From assembly GCA_045535095.1 (NCBI GenBank), contig JAZSKY010000054.1, forward strand, positions 541 to 64,540: a DNA stretch of 64,000 bases, in the 5' to 3' direction. Below, in pieces: positions 1 through 8,429 of this stretch (positions within the stretch are counted from its first letter, which is position 1; each line of letters starts with the position of its first letter). Position numbers and translations under genes: made by a program. This stretch comes from Eubacteriales bacterium (GTDB lineage: Bacteria > Bacillota > Clostridia > Oscillospirales > CAG-272). A model generated the notes under the pieces. The model was given only the letters and a program-made list of their open reading frames with translations. It was not told the DNA's origin and ran no database searches.

Positions 1-480
1 TCCCAAAAGCTTTTGGAAATATTTGATTCCGCAAGCTTTATTGAAAACTCAAAGATATTTGTAGCAGGTTCGTCTGAAGGCTCTGTTAACGCCCTGCGCT
101 TGTTTGCTGAAGATACGGAAAAGCGAATCAGCGGTTGTGCTGTTATTGATGTAATATCTGATCTTCCTGCCTTCGGAGAGTTTAGAGGCGAAGGCGTACA
201 GAATCTCTTCGCATCTTTGATTGGCAAGACATATGAAGAAGCCCCCGTGGAATATGACCTTCGCTCTGCAGTAAAGTTTAGTAAAAAGCTCGACAGACCC
301 ATTTTGATTCTTCACTTTCTGCAAACGCCTATAGTGTCTGTGGAGCAAACGGACGCACTCTATGATCTAATAAAGGATACGAACAAAGAGTGTACCTATC
401 ATAAAATTGATGCTTTGTCCGGAGATTTTCAGGGAGAAAGTCTGCAGAGATTGCTTTCTTGGATAAATAAGTATGATTAA
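1..480 (+). CDS. alpha/beta hydrolase (S9 peptidase / dienelactone-hydrolase-like), C-terminal part; 5' end lies upstream of the window
   Basis: Frame 1 is open from nt 1 (SQKLLEIF...) into tracked ORF 13..480. It has a GxSxG nucleophile elbow (VAGSSEGS), then DRPILILH and a late His, the usual Ser-Asp-His order. Confidence 0.6.
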   Translation, partial: SQKLLEIFDSASFIENSKIFVAGSSEGSVNALRLFAEDTEKRISGCAVIDVISDLPAFGEFRGEGVQNLFASLIGKTYEEAPVEYDLRSAVKFSKKLDRPILILHFLQTPIVSVEQTDALYDLIKDTNKECTYHKIDALSGDFQGESLQRLLSWINKYD

Positions 481-1375
481 GAGAATTATTTCATTTCTTT
501 TGATGCTGTTGATTGTATGTAGTTTCGCGAGTTGTAATCAAGATACTACAAACACTGATGAATCAACAGATGCAACTACAAAGGTTGAAGAAACAGCATC
601 AACGCCCATAGAACAGACTGACTCTGATTATATCGTTTGCACCGATTGGATGAAATTCTATTTTTCGAAAAAGGATTTCAAGGAATCGGATATTGCGGAT
701 ATTGTAACCGAAGCAGAATCCGTGATGGCAGACGTTAGAATCTATCTCAAAGTAAATTATACTTTAGAGGAAGCAGAAGAAACCGTTTGCTATTTTGACA
801 GTACATATCGAAACGAGGATGGACAAAAACGTTCGATGTGTTTTTGGGATGAAAAGAAAATCTACTGTATTTCGCTTGATGATTTTGTTCACGAATATGT
901 GCATATGATAAGCAAAAATAATGAGGATCTTGTCTACCATCCGAGCAAACTCTTTAGTGAAGGTTTGGCACAGTATGTAAGCTTGAATTTTTATGACGGA
1001 ATCGCGACACAAGAATATAACTTTTTCAAGGAAGCAACCGTCTCTAAGAATTCTAATGCCACAGAGCATCAGATGATCTGCGATCTTTTGTCGGATAACG
1101 AGCTTGCATATAACGCCGAAAATTACAACAAAGCTTTTGTCGCAATATTGGATAAGAATTACGATGTTTCCCAAATTGATAAGAACAGTGATTTTTACAA
1201 ATACAACATAGGACATATTTTCGTCGATTATTGTATCAATCAACTTGGCGGACTTGAACAATTTATATCCGTGTATTGTGATAGCGTGACAGTTTCCGAC
1301 GCATATGGAAAATCTATTGATGAACTTTTTATTGAAGCATGTGCTTACAATACAGCTACATTTTACAAAGATTAA
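473..1375 (+). CDS. lipoprotein with HExxH...EG gluzincin-type motif (peptidase MA-like)
   Basis: Signal peptide plus lipobox (SFASC). HEYVH is followed about 20 residues later by SEGLAQYV, as in MA-clan metallopeptidase-like proteins. It overlaps the upstream ORF by 8 nt and is AT-rich. Confidence 0.55.
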   Translation: MIKRIISFLLMLLIVCSFASCNQDTTNTDESTDATTKVEETASTPIEQTDSDYIVCTDWMKFYFSKKDFKESDIADIVTEAESVMADVRIYLKVNYTLEEAEETVCYFDSTYRNEDGQKRSMCFWDEKKIYCISLDDFVHEYVHMISKNNEDLVYHPSKLFSEGLAQYVSLNFYDGIATQEYNFFKEATVSKNSNATEHQMICDLLSDNELAYNAENYNKAFVAILDKNYDVSQIDKNSDFYKYNIGHIFVDYCINQLGGLEQFISVYCDSVTVSDAYGKSIDELFIEACAYNTATFYKD

Positions 1376-1390
1376 GGAGTAGGTTATAAA

Positions 1391-1963
1391 ATGACTTTAC
1401 CAAAGGATTTGCAAATATATTGCAGAAATAGAATTTTGAAAAGAGTCATTCCTTGCATAATCCTGATTTCTGTGTTTGCAACAATATTGGCTTTGTGGGG
1501 GAGTGTTATTTTCAACACGGATAACAAGGCTTTCCAAGCATCATGTTATATTGTCGTTATGCTTATTCCGTTTGTTATCACGGGAGTTCCTCATAAACTG
1601 ATTGATTCAACTTACTACGGAACAGTAAAGAAGGTCGATATCGTTACGACGACGGATAATGATTCTTCCGTTAAACCTACCCGTGAGCACTTGTATTTGA
1701 AGAATACCATTTATTTGACCATTGAACGACCGGATGGTAAACTAATATATAAAAAAGCATATAGCGGAAAAGCAAGATTGCAGCAGAATATTAACGCATA
1801 TAATGAAGGGGATGTGGTATTTCATCTTTATGGAACAAATCATGTTGTGGTTTTGCCCGATGACAATGACCGCTCAGTTCATTGTTCCGTTTGCGGTTCT
1901 TCAAACTATATAGCGGATGATAAATGCCGTGATTGCGGACATTCACTGATAAAACACATATAA
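1391..1963 (+). CDS. hypothetical membrane protein with C-terminal zinc-ribbon (CxxC...CxxC)
   Basis: 190-aa ORF with two hydrophobic helices near the N-terminus. The C-terminus is CSVCGSSNYIADDKCRDCGH. An RBS-like GGAG lies upstream and a terminator downstream. Confidence 0.5.
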   Translation: MTLPKDLQIYCRNRILKRVIPCIILISVFATILALWGSVIFNTDNKAFQASCYIVVMLIPFVITGVPHKLIDSTYYGTVKKVDIVTTTDNDSSVKPTREHLYLKNTIYLTIERPDGKLIYKKAYSGKARLQQNINAYNEGDVVFHLYGTNHVVVLPDDNDRSVHCSVCGSSNYIADDKCRDCGHSLIKHI

Positions 1964-1969
1964 ATATTA

Positions 1970-2010
1970 CCGCCGAGAGTAACCCTTTGGTCACTCTCGG
2001 CGGGTTGTTT
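1970..2010 (+). terminator. rho-independent terminator after ORF 1391..1963
   Basis: 11-bp stem ccgccgagagt / actctcggcgg followed by gttgttt. Confidence 0.6.
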
Positions 2011-2027
2011 CAATACGGATAATCAAA

Positions 2028-2078
2028 GTAAAAAACAAATCCGAACAGTTCCGTCGTAACGAAACAGTTCGGATTTGC
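2028..2078 (-). terminator. rho-independent terminator directly after the duplicated tmRNA 3' end
   Basis: On the minus strand: aaatccgaac-gtt ... aac-gttcggattt hairpin (2037-2076), followed by a T-run (A-run 2030-2035 on the plus strand). Confidence 0.55.
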
Positions 2079-2084
2079 TTGTTC

Positions 2085-2111
2085 TGGTGGACCCGGGGAG
2101 AGTCTGAACTC
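2085..2111 (-). repeat. duplicated 3'-terminal segment of tmRNA (T-arm 3' half + acceptor 3' strand + encoded CCA); att-like direct repeat
   Basis: 2089-2111 ggacccggggagagtctgaactc matches 2247-2268 ggacccggggagagtcgaactc, with one extra t. This copy continues into tgg (CCA on the minus strand). No 5' acceptor partner lies nearby. Confidence 0.6.
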
Positions 2112-2208
2112 AAATTCGCGCCAAAGTCTGTCTGCGCCGTTTATTCTCGGAGCGCGAATCTGCGAATGCGAAGCATTCGCGGAGTTCAACTGTGGAGTGC
2201 TGTAAATA

Positions 2209-2238
2209 AGAAAAAGCACGGCTTTGCCGTGTTTTTTG
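2209..2238 (-). terminator. terminator of ssrA (bidirectional hairpin)
   Basis: aaaaagcacgg-ctttg-ccgtgtttttt: a short GC stem flanked by an A-run and a T-run, immediately 3' of the tmRNA end. Confidence 0.6.
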
Positions 2239-2245
2239 TTATTTA

Positions 2246-2604
2246 TGGACCCGGGGAGAGTCGAACTCCCGTCCGAAAACCTCTTGATATAACTTTCTAC
2301 GAGTGTAGTTTGTCTGTAATCTCCCGACAGTGTGCGGACAAACAAAACACACTGTCGGCAGCCGTCTTGTGCGTGAGAGCTGCGACGACGAGCTCACTCT
2401 TCACGTTCATCACTGCATGACGTTCAGTTTCGGGCCGTGATACTCCCGAAAGGAACGGGCTGCCTTATGGCAGCGGCACCGCTTACGCGGCCTGAGCTAC
2501 TCTATTGTTAGCGTTTAATTTTAAAAGTTGGGCAGATTTAAGAGTTTACCCCGCTCTACTCGCTTATCATACCTCAAAATCCCCGTCGAAACCTTTACGG
2601 GCCC
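2246..2604 (-). ncRNA. ssrA: tmRNA (transfer-messenger RNA)
   Basis: Minus-strand 5' end is GGGCCCGTAAAGGTTTCGACGGGGATTTTGAGG. The 3' end is GGGAGTTCGACTCTCCCCGGGTCCA. The acceptor stem GGGCCCG/CGGGTCC has the G3:U alanine identity pair. The tag reading frame (2513..2484) is GCT AAC AAT AGA GTA GCT CAG GCC GCG TAA = ANNRVAQAA*. It lies 13 nt downstream of smpB. CCA is not encoded. Confidence 0.9.
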
Positions 2605-2617
2605 TTGATAGCATTAT

Positions 2618-3079
2618 TTAATATTTTTCTCTCGACGCACGCTCGACGTCTCTCGCCATCTGCTTCTTCGCCTCTGTCTCGCGCTTATCGTAGAGCTTTT
2701 TGCCTCGGCAGACACCGAGTGAAAGCTTCAGATTCTTGCCCGAGAAATAAAGAGACAGTGGAATAAGCGACACGCCCTGACGTCCGACGAGTCCGAAAAG
2801 CTTCATTATCTCCCTTTTGTGCATCAGCAGCTTTCTCTCGCGCAGAGGATCTCTGTTGAAGATGTTTCCCTTTTCATACGGACTTACGTGCATTCCGCGG
2901 ACGAATATCTCGCCGTTTTTTATAAAGCAGTACGAGTCCTTTAAGTTGACCGCGCCCTGTCTTATCGACTTGACCTCTGTGCCGAAAAGAGCGATTCCCG
3001 CCTCATAGGTCTCGTCCACGAAATAATCGTGATATGCTTTTCTGTTTGCCGCAACCGTTTTCGTGCCCTTTTTATCCAT
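2618..3079 (-). CDS. smpB: SsrA-binding protein SmpB
   Basis: 153 aa. [15 protein letters not shown]...[15 protein letters not shown]...KLLMHKREI are the canonical SmpB motifs. Adjacent to tmRNA. Confidence 0.95.
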   Translation of the reverse strand: MDKKGTKTVAANRKAYHDYFVDETYEAGIALFGTEVKSIRQGAVNLKDSYCFIKNGEIFVRGMHVSPYEKGNIFNRDPLRERKLLMHKREIMKLFGLVGRQGVSLIPLSLYFSGKNLKLSLGVCRGKKLYDKRETEAKKQMARDVERASREKY

Positions 3080-3278
3080 ATCGGCAGGTCCTCCTTTCCT
3101 TTCGGTTTTTTGATTATAGCACAGTTTTTTGTGTTATTCAAGTATTTTTTGGCGTTTTTTCTACCGAAAGAAGCTTTTTGAAAAAAGTTTCTCTCGGGTT
3201 CTCCTCAAAAGCTTTAATAAATCCTTTTAAGCAAAGTTTTTGGGGAGGTTAGGAACCCCTTTTTCCAAAAAGGGGTTC

Positions 3279-4139
3279 CTAATCAATCATTTCCTTATAT
3301 ATCACGCTCTTACCGACGCCGCGTGCGCGGGCGGTCTCCTTGATGGCGTCCATTTTGGACATACCGAGCGAGACATAATGCTCAACCTGCTCGGGAATAG
3401 TCATATCCTTCCAGAAGCACTCTCCGTCGTCGGACGCGCCCTCGATTACTATGACGTACTCTCCGCGCGGAGAGTTTTCCTTATAAAACTCGATAGCCTC
3501 CGAAAGCTTTATGCGCTTTACCTCCTCGTTGAGCTTGGTTATCTCGCGGCAGAGAGCGATCCTTCTGTCTCCGAGATTTTCCAAAAAGGCGTCAAGCGTA
3601 GCGTTAAGTCTGTGCGGCGCTTCGTAGAATATCAGCGTTCTTTTCTCGTTTTTCAGCTCTGAAAGGCGGTTTTTGACCTCGCTTTTCGTACCCGAGACGA
3701 ATCCCTCGAACACGAATCTTCGGGTATCGAGTCCCGAAAGAGTGAGCGCGGTTATCGCGGCGCACGCACCGGGAATCGAGGTGACGCTTACACCGTTTTC
3801 AGCGCAGAGACGGACGAGATCCTCACCCGGATCGCTGATAGCGGGCGTTCCCGCATCGGTAATGAGCGCACAGGACTCTCCCTCCCGCAGTCTCTTTATT
3901 ATCTGCGGACCTCTTTCTCTCTTGTTATGCTCAAAATAGCTGACAAGCGGCTTTGAGATACCGAAAAACGTGAGCAGCTTTGCCGAGTTGCGCGTATCCT
4001 CCGCGGCAACGAAATCGACACCCTCAAGCACCTTGAGTGCGCGATAGGATATGTCGGCAAGATTGCCTATCGGAGTCGCAACGAGATAGAGCGTACCCTT
4101 TTCTATTTTATTTTTTTCGTCGAAATTAGGCTCTTTCAT
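3279..4139 (-). CDS. rsmI: 16S rRNA (cytidine1402-2'-O)-methyltransferase RsmI
   Basis: GTLYLVATPIGNLADISYRALKVL...VAAEDTR is the tetrapyrrole-methylase-fold RsmI signature. I chose the start at MKEPNFDE (4139), which overlaps the upstream gene stop by 14 nt, rather than the track start at 4280. Confidence 0.9.
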   Translation of the reverse strand: MKEPNFDEKNKIEKGTLYLVATPIGNLADISYRALKVLEGVDFVAAEDTRNSAKLLTFFGISKPLVSYFEHNKRERGPQIIKRLREGESCALITDAGTPAISDPGEDLVRLCAENGVSVTSIPGACAAITALTLSGLDTRRFVFEGFVSGTKSEVKNRLSELKNEKRTLIFYEAPHRLNATLDAFLENLGDRRIALCREITKLNEEVKRIKLSEAIEFYKENSPRGEYVIVIEGASDDGECFWKDMTIPEQVEHYVSLGMSKMDAIKETARARGVGKSVIYKEMID

Positions 4140-4893
4140 ATTCCTTACCAAATTCTCCGTTTTCGTAAATATATGCGAGATCTTCCGTATATTTAAGCGG
4201 CTTTTCAGACGCGTCTGGGTGCATAATAAGCGGCTTTGTAACAAGCAGTCCACTCGCTCCGCCGAGCCTTCCCTCAACAAGCACGATACTCGGACGGCTT
4301 TTTGCGTCGGGATACACGAGCGTCATTCTTTTCGGCTCGATCTTTGACTTTTTCATAGCGTCGAAAAGGTCGGAAAGACGGTCGGGTCGCCACACAACGT
4401 AAAAGCTGCCCGAATATTTAAGCAGCCTTGACGCCGACGCGCAGAAATCGTAAATATCGCCGCACACCTCGTGACGGGCGATATACTTTTCGTCGCTTTC
4501 GTTGCGCGCGCCGCTATCCTTTTTCATATAGGGCGGATTTGAAAACACCGCGTCGAATTTGCCGAAAAGGTCGCTCGGCGCGGACTGTACCGCGCAGCAG
4601 TGCGTTTCTATTTTATCGTCAAGACGGTTTTCCTTTACGTTTCGCTCGATAAGTGATGCAAAGGACTCCTGAATCTCGATGGCGTGTATTTTTTTAAACT
4701 TGCCCTTTGATGCGGCAAGCAGGGAGATTATTCCCGTACCTGCGCCGAGATCGGCGGCAAGTCCTTTGGGATTTTTTCTCATATACGCGTAAAGAAGATA
4801 CGCGTCTGTACCGAAGGTAAGTCCGTTTGTTTTTTGGGTAAGCGTAATGCTTTCGTTGACGAAATCTCTTCTTTCGCCGCTCTGAACGGTCAT
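4126..4893 (-). CDS. tRNA (adenine-N6)-methyltransferase, TrmN6/YfiC/YabB-like
   Basis: SAM-binding DLGAGTGI and catalytic NPPY (FSNPPYM). Its position before rsmI matches the yabB-yabC arrangement of Bacillus. Confidence 0.75.
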   Translation of the reverse strand: MTVQSGERRDFVNESITLTQKTNGLTFGTDAYLLYAYMRKNPKGLAADLGAGTGIISLLAASKGKFKKIHAIEIQESFASLIERNVKENRLDDKIETHCCAVQSAPSDLFGKFDAVFSNPPYMKKDSGARNESDEKYIARHEVCGDIYDFCASASRLLKYSGSFYVVWRPDRLSDLFDAMKKSKIEPKRMTLVYPDAKSRPSIVLVEGRLGGASGLLVTKPLIMHPDASEKPLKYTEDLAYIYENGEFGKEYERA

Positions 4894-4980
4894 TTCGCGA
4901 TCTCCTTTCGCCGTTTTTTAAAAACTTAAGGGCAGAACTTACGCCCTGCCCTTTAAAGTTTAGTCCCGATTATGTACGAA

Positions 4981-5154
4981 TTACTCAGCCTTGGGAGCTT
5001 CTACGGGGCAAGCGGTAGCGCATGCGCCGCAATCGAGGCACTCGTCCTCATTGATTACGTACTTGCCGTCCTGCTCGGAAATAGCTCCAACAGGGCACTC
5101 TTCGGAACATGCACCGCATCCGATGCACTCATCAGCATTGATCTTGTAAGCCAT
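4981..5154 (-). CDS. 2x[4Fe-4S] ferredoxin
   Basis: MAYKINADECIGCGACSEECPVGAI...CLDCGACATACP carries two CxxCxxCxxxCP clusters. Start taken at the internal Met (5154), which has an RBS. Confidence 0.85.
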   Translation of the reverse strand: MAYKINADECIGCGACSEECPVGAISEQDGKYVINEDECLDCGACATACPVEAPKAE

Positions 5155-5251
5155 TACAAATACCTCCGATAATTTTGTTGTCTTAATTATAACACACTGA
5201 TTTTGAAAAATCAATGATTATTTTAAATATTTTTCGCTTTATGCAGAAAAT

Positions 5252-6583
5252 TTACTGCTGGTTTTTGTTCTTTTCGCCGCCCTGATGACCTTTTTGGTAT
5301 CTGTGGCGATTTTTTCCGTGTCTGTTTTTGTGATGATGAGGCGCGTTTTCGTTCTTCTTTTCGCCGCCCTCGTTATTTTTCTGCTGGGGACGGGACTCCG
5401 CAGAGTTTCTCTGCTGCTGACGCTGAGCGTTTCTCTCCGCTCTTTCTCTCTTTTCGTCGCGCTTTTCGTCACGCTCGCGAGATTTTTCAGATGCTCTTGC
5501 AAGAGACGCCTCCTTGGCCTCGGCAAGTCTTGCCGCTGCCTGAGCCTTCGCCTCCTGACGCTCCGCCTCCTTCTTATCCCTTACCGCCTTTGCCTCCATC
5601 GCCTTTTTGTATTCCTCGTCGGTTTCGGGACGGAGAAGGTCTCTGTCGTATATCTTGGGATCGGCAGGGCTTTCGTCAAGCGCGATCTTTACAAGTCCGA
5701 GAAGGGGCTTTGCCTCGATGACCTTGCCCGAGCCGTCGGGAGTCATTACTCTGCTATCCACCTTGGGAGTTCTTCTCGACTCCTCCTGATAGGTGTCGTA
5801 CTCGTAGCGCAGACAGCACATAAGACGTCCGCACGCGCCCGAAATTTTCGCCGAGTTAAGAGCAAGATTCTGCTCCTTTGCCATCTTTATGGACACCTGA
5901 ACGAAATCGGGAAGGAAGCTGTGACAGCAGAATTCTCTGCCGCAGACTCCGAGTCCGCCCATTATCTTCGCCTCGTCGCGTATTCCTATCTGACGAAGCT
6001 CTATTCTCGTCTTGAACGAGGACGCGAGATCCTTGACGAGATCTCTGAAATCTACTCTGTCGTCCGAGGTGAAATAGAACAGAAGCTTAGTATTATCGAA
6101 GGTATATTCTGCCTCGATAAGCTTCATATCAAGGGCGTGAGCGGCGATCTTCTTCTGACAAAGCTCGAACGCCTCCTCTTCCTTTTTCTTGTTCTCCTCG
6201 AAATGCGCGTGGTCTGCCGCGTTTGCTATGCGAAGGACGTTTTTAAGAGGGAGAACAAGCTCCTTTTTCGGCACGTTTTTGTTAGTCATTACGACTCTGC
6301 CGTACTCAACGCCGCGTGCGGTCTCGACTATCGCGTAGTCTGTTTCCTTTGCCTTATTGCCGTTTGCGGCAAAATAGTACATCTTGCCCGAGCCTCTGAA
6401 GGAAACACCGATAACCTCGGAAAATTCGGGCATATTTTCGTATTCCTTATCGAAATATACAGGCTTTTTCTCGGCGCTTTCCTCGGTCTTTGCCTCGTTC
6501 TGCGCCATCTTTTCCTTTTCTATTACCTTGTCGGGACGCTCGAGCTTGCCGAACGACCTTCTGTTATTTTTGTATCCGCTCAT
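5252..6583 (-). CDS. ricT: PSP1-domain protein RicT/YaaT with long basic low-complexity C-terminal tail
   Basis: The core (VIGVSFRGSGKMYYF...VETARGVEYGRVV...GVCGREFCCHSFL...CGRLMCCLRYE) is the PSP1/YaaT family. It lies downstream of holB as in Bacillus. The start is uncertain: an alternative Met is at 6433. Confidence 0.8.
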   Translation of the reverse strand: MSGYKNNRRSFGKLERPDKVIEKEKMAQNEAKTEESAEKKPVYFDKEYENMPEFSEVIGVSFRGSGKMYYFAANGNKAKETDYAIVETARGVEYGRVVMTNKNVPKKELVLPLKNVLRIANAADHAHFEENKKKEEEAFELCQKKIAAHALDMKLIEAEYTFDNTKLLFYFTSDDRVDFRDLVKDLASSFKTRIELRQIGIRDEAKIMGGLGVCGREFCCHSFLPDFVQVSIKMAKEQNLALNSAKISGACGRLMCCLRYEYDTYQEESRRTPKVDSRVMTPDGSGKVIEAKPLLGLVKIALDESPADPKIYDRDLLRPETDEEYKKAMEAKAVRDKKEAERQEAKAQAAARLAEAKEASLARASEKSRERDEKRDEKRERAERNAQRQQQRNSAESRPQQKNNEGGEKKNENAPHHHKNRHGKNRHRYQKGHQGGEKNKNQQ

Positions 6584-6613
6584 CTATATTTTTCCTATCT
6601 TTAAAATTCTGCC

Positions 6614-7636
6614 TCAGGTGGTAAACGCTCTCCAAAGTCTTATTGACGCCTCTGCGCGTACGTTGATCACCGCGACGTTCTTTTCGAGCATTTCGATAAG
6701 CTCGAGGACCGTCTTTTCCGCCTTCAGAATAGGTGTCATTCCGAAGCGTCTTGAAAGCTCTGCAAGTCTCTCGTCGTCTCCGAAAAGCATCTCGCATTTG
6801 CCTCTGCTTTTTATTGCCGCCATATCGCGAAGGGCTGTGCGGAGCATTGAGAGAAACTCAAGAAGATCCGATCTTTCCTTCTGCGGAAAGGGGAAAACCG
6901 CAAGAGACGCTCTGTTTTTATCGGCAAGTGCTGTAAGCAGCTCGATAACCTTCTGTCCGTTTGACTGCGACGGATCGCCCTCGCTGAGTATCCGAAGTGC
7001 TTCTCCTATGCTTCCGCCCGAGCGCGCGATGACTCTCGACAGCTCGTCGGGAGAGCTTTTTGCAAGCTCTGCGGCGCGCGGACTGTTTTCTGTCAGATAC
7101 GCGTAAAGCTCGTCCTTTGTAAAGACCTGCATACGGAGAACGGGCGCACGCGAGCGTACGGTCGCAAGAAGCGAGGTTGCGTTCTCAACGAGAAGCATAA
7201 AATAAACGTTCTTCGGGGGCTCTTCAAGAAGCTTAAGTATCGCATTCTGCGCCGCCACCGTCATAGTATCGGCGTATCTTATGATATACGCCTTTATATC
7301 CGAGTCATTCGGGACTATAAAAGCACTCTCTCTTATCTCTCTTACCGCTTCAACGCCTATCGTTTTTCTGCCGTTTTTCTGGGCTATTTCGTAAACGTCG
7401 GCTGAAATGCCGCGGAGTATCTTGCTCGATGCCGTCTCATTTCCCGAAAGCTCTGCCGCAATAGAGCGCGCAAGGGTGAGCTTGCCGCTTTTGGGCGGAC
7501 CTTCAATGATCAGCGCGTGAACGAAGCGTCCTGCAGAAATGTCGTCCGAGACGATGCGCTTTAAGGTATCGTTTTTATAAACCGATGCGTTTATTATATC
7601 CCCTACCATATTTTCCACCAAGTATCTCGGGAGCAT
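6614..7636 (-). CDS. holB: DNA polymerase III subunit delta'
   Basis: AAA+ clamp-loader features: HALIIEGPPKSGKLTLA Walker A, NAILKLLEEPP, SRA sensor. Sits in holB-yaaT synteny. Confidence 0.85.
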   Translation of the reverse strand: MLPRYLVENMVGDIINASVYKNDTLKRIVSDDISAGRFVHALIIEGPPKSGKLTLARSIAAELSGNETASSKILRGISADVYEIAQKNGRKTIGVEAVREIRESAFIVPNDSDIKAYIIRYADTMTVAAQNAILKLLEEPPKNVYFMLLVENATSLLATVRSRAPVLRMQVFTKDELYAYLTENSPRAAELAKSSPDELSRVIARSGGSIGEALRILSEGDPSQSNGQKVIELLTALADKNRASLAVFPFPQKERSDLLEFLSMLRTALRDMAAIKSRGKCEMLFGDDERLAELSRRFGMTPILKAEKTVLELIEMLEKNVAVINVRAEASIRLWRAFTT

Positions 7637-7654
7637 TCCTTTCTTTAAGACTCT

Positions 7655-8305
7655 TTAAACTCCGAGGATCTCACAAAGCTCGCTTGTGCTTGACGCGATA
7701 GCGTCCGCGCCGCTTTGCTCAAGCACGTCTCTCGTTCTAAATCCCCACAAAACGCCTACCGAAAACGCACCTGCGTTTTTAGCGGTCTGAATATCTATCT
7801 CGGTATCTCCGACAAAGGCGCACCTTTCGGGAGAAACTCCGAGCCTTTCGGCAATAAAAAGCATACCCTCGGGATCGGGCTTGTGCTTCACCTTTCCTGC
7901 TCCGACTACCATATCGAGAAGCGATGGATCGAATATGCCTCTGACTATTTTATCAACGTGACTGTGATTTTTATTTGAGAATATTACCCTTTTTATTCCC
8001 TTTTCTCCGAGCCTTCGGAAAAGATCGGAAATGCCGTCATACTCTTTTGTGAGTCTTACTGTATTTTTGGAGTAGTAGTCCTCATAGTACGCCATGCAAG
8101 TATCAACGTTCTCGCTGTCTCTTGCGTTTTCGGGCAAGCTGCACTCTACGAAATATCTCTGTCCGCGTCCGAGATAAGTGCTTATCTCCTCGCGGCTTCT
8201 TTGCGGATATCCGTAGTGCGAAAGCATTGTGTTCATTGCGCTTGCAAGATCGTCAAGCGTGTCGGCGGTAGTTCCGTCGAGGTCAAAAATCACAGCTTCA
8301 AACAC
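7655..8305 (-). CDS. HAD-family hydrolase (phosphoglycolate phosphatase-like)
   Basis: Motif I is FDLDGTTADT. The later motifs SN..., K and GDTEIDIQTAKNAG are also present. Confidence 0.8.
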   Translation of the reverse strand: MFEAVIFDLDGTTADTLDDLASAMNTMLSHYGYPQRSREEISTYLGRGQRYFVECSLPENARDSENVDTCMAYYEDYYSKNTVRLTKEYDGISDLFRRLGEKGIKRVIFSNKNHSHVDKIVRGIFDPSLLDMVVGAGKVKHKPDPEGMLFIAERLGVSPERCAFVGDTEIDIQTAKNAGAFSVGVLWGFRTRDVLEQSGADAIASSTSELCEILGV

Positions 8306-8364
8306 AAGTGCTACCGTCCTTCTCCGTTTTTTTCATTTTTGACAGTTTTTTTACAATAATACTG

Positions 8365-8393
8365 TTGCAAATAGCGTTTCTTTATGTTATTAT
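8365..8393 (+). promoter_or_regulatory. putative sigma-A promoter for ORF 8430
   Basis: TTGCAA, 17-nt spacer, TATTAT, with TGt immediately upstream of the -10 box. Confidence 0.4.
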
Positions 8394-8429
8394 ATACTTA
8401 AAGTATTAAAAAGTCAAGGGGGAGAGTAT

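Noticed and set aside
1-2270. A complete prophage or integrative island at ssrA.
   Set aside because: No integrase, excisionase or phage genes are visible between the two att-like copies, which are only 133 bp apart, or in the 2 kb to the left. Only a scar and possible cargo can be claimed.
2010-2420. ORFs 2010..2345 (minus) and 2079..2420 (plus).
   Set aside because: They overlap the tmRNA gene, its terminator and the duplicated 3' end. They have no RBS and junk composition.
5285-6604. 439-aa plus-strand ORF, with overlapping ORFs 5491..5721 and 5607..5789.
   Set aside because: Antisense to ricT/yaaT. The low-complexity Leu/Phe/Arg-rich translation mirrors the Lys/Glu-rich tail of the real gene.
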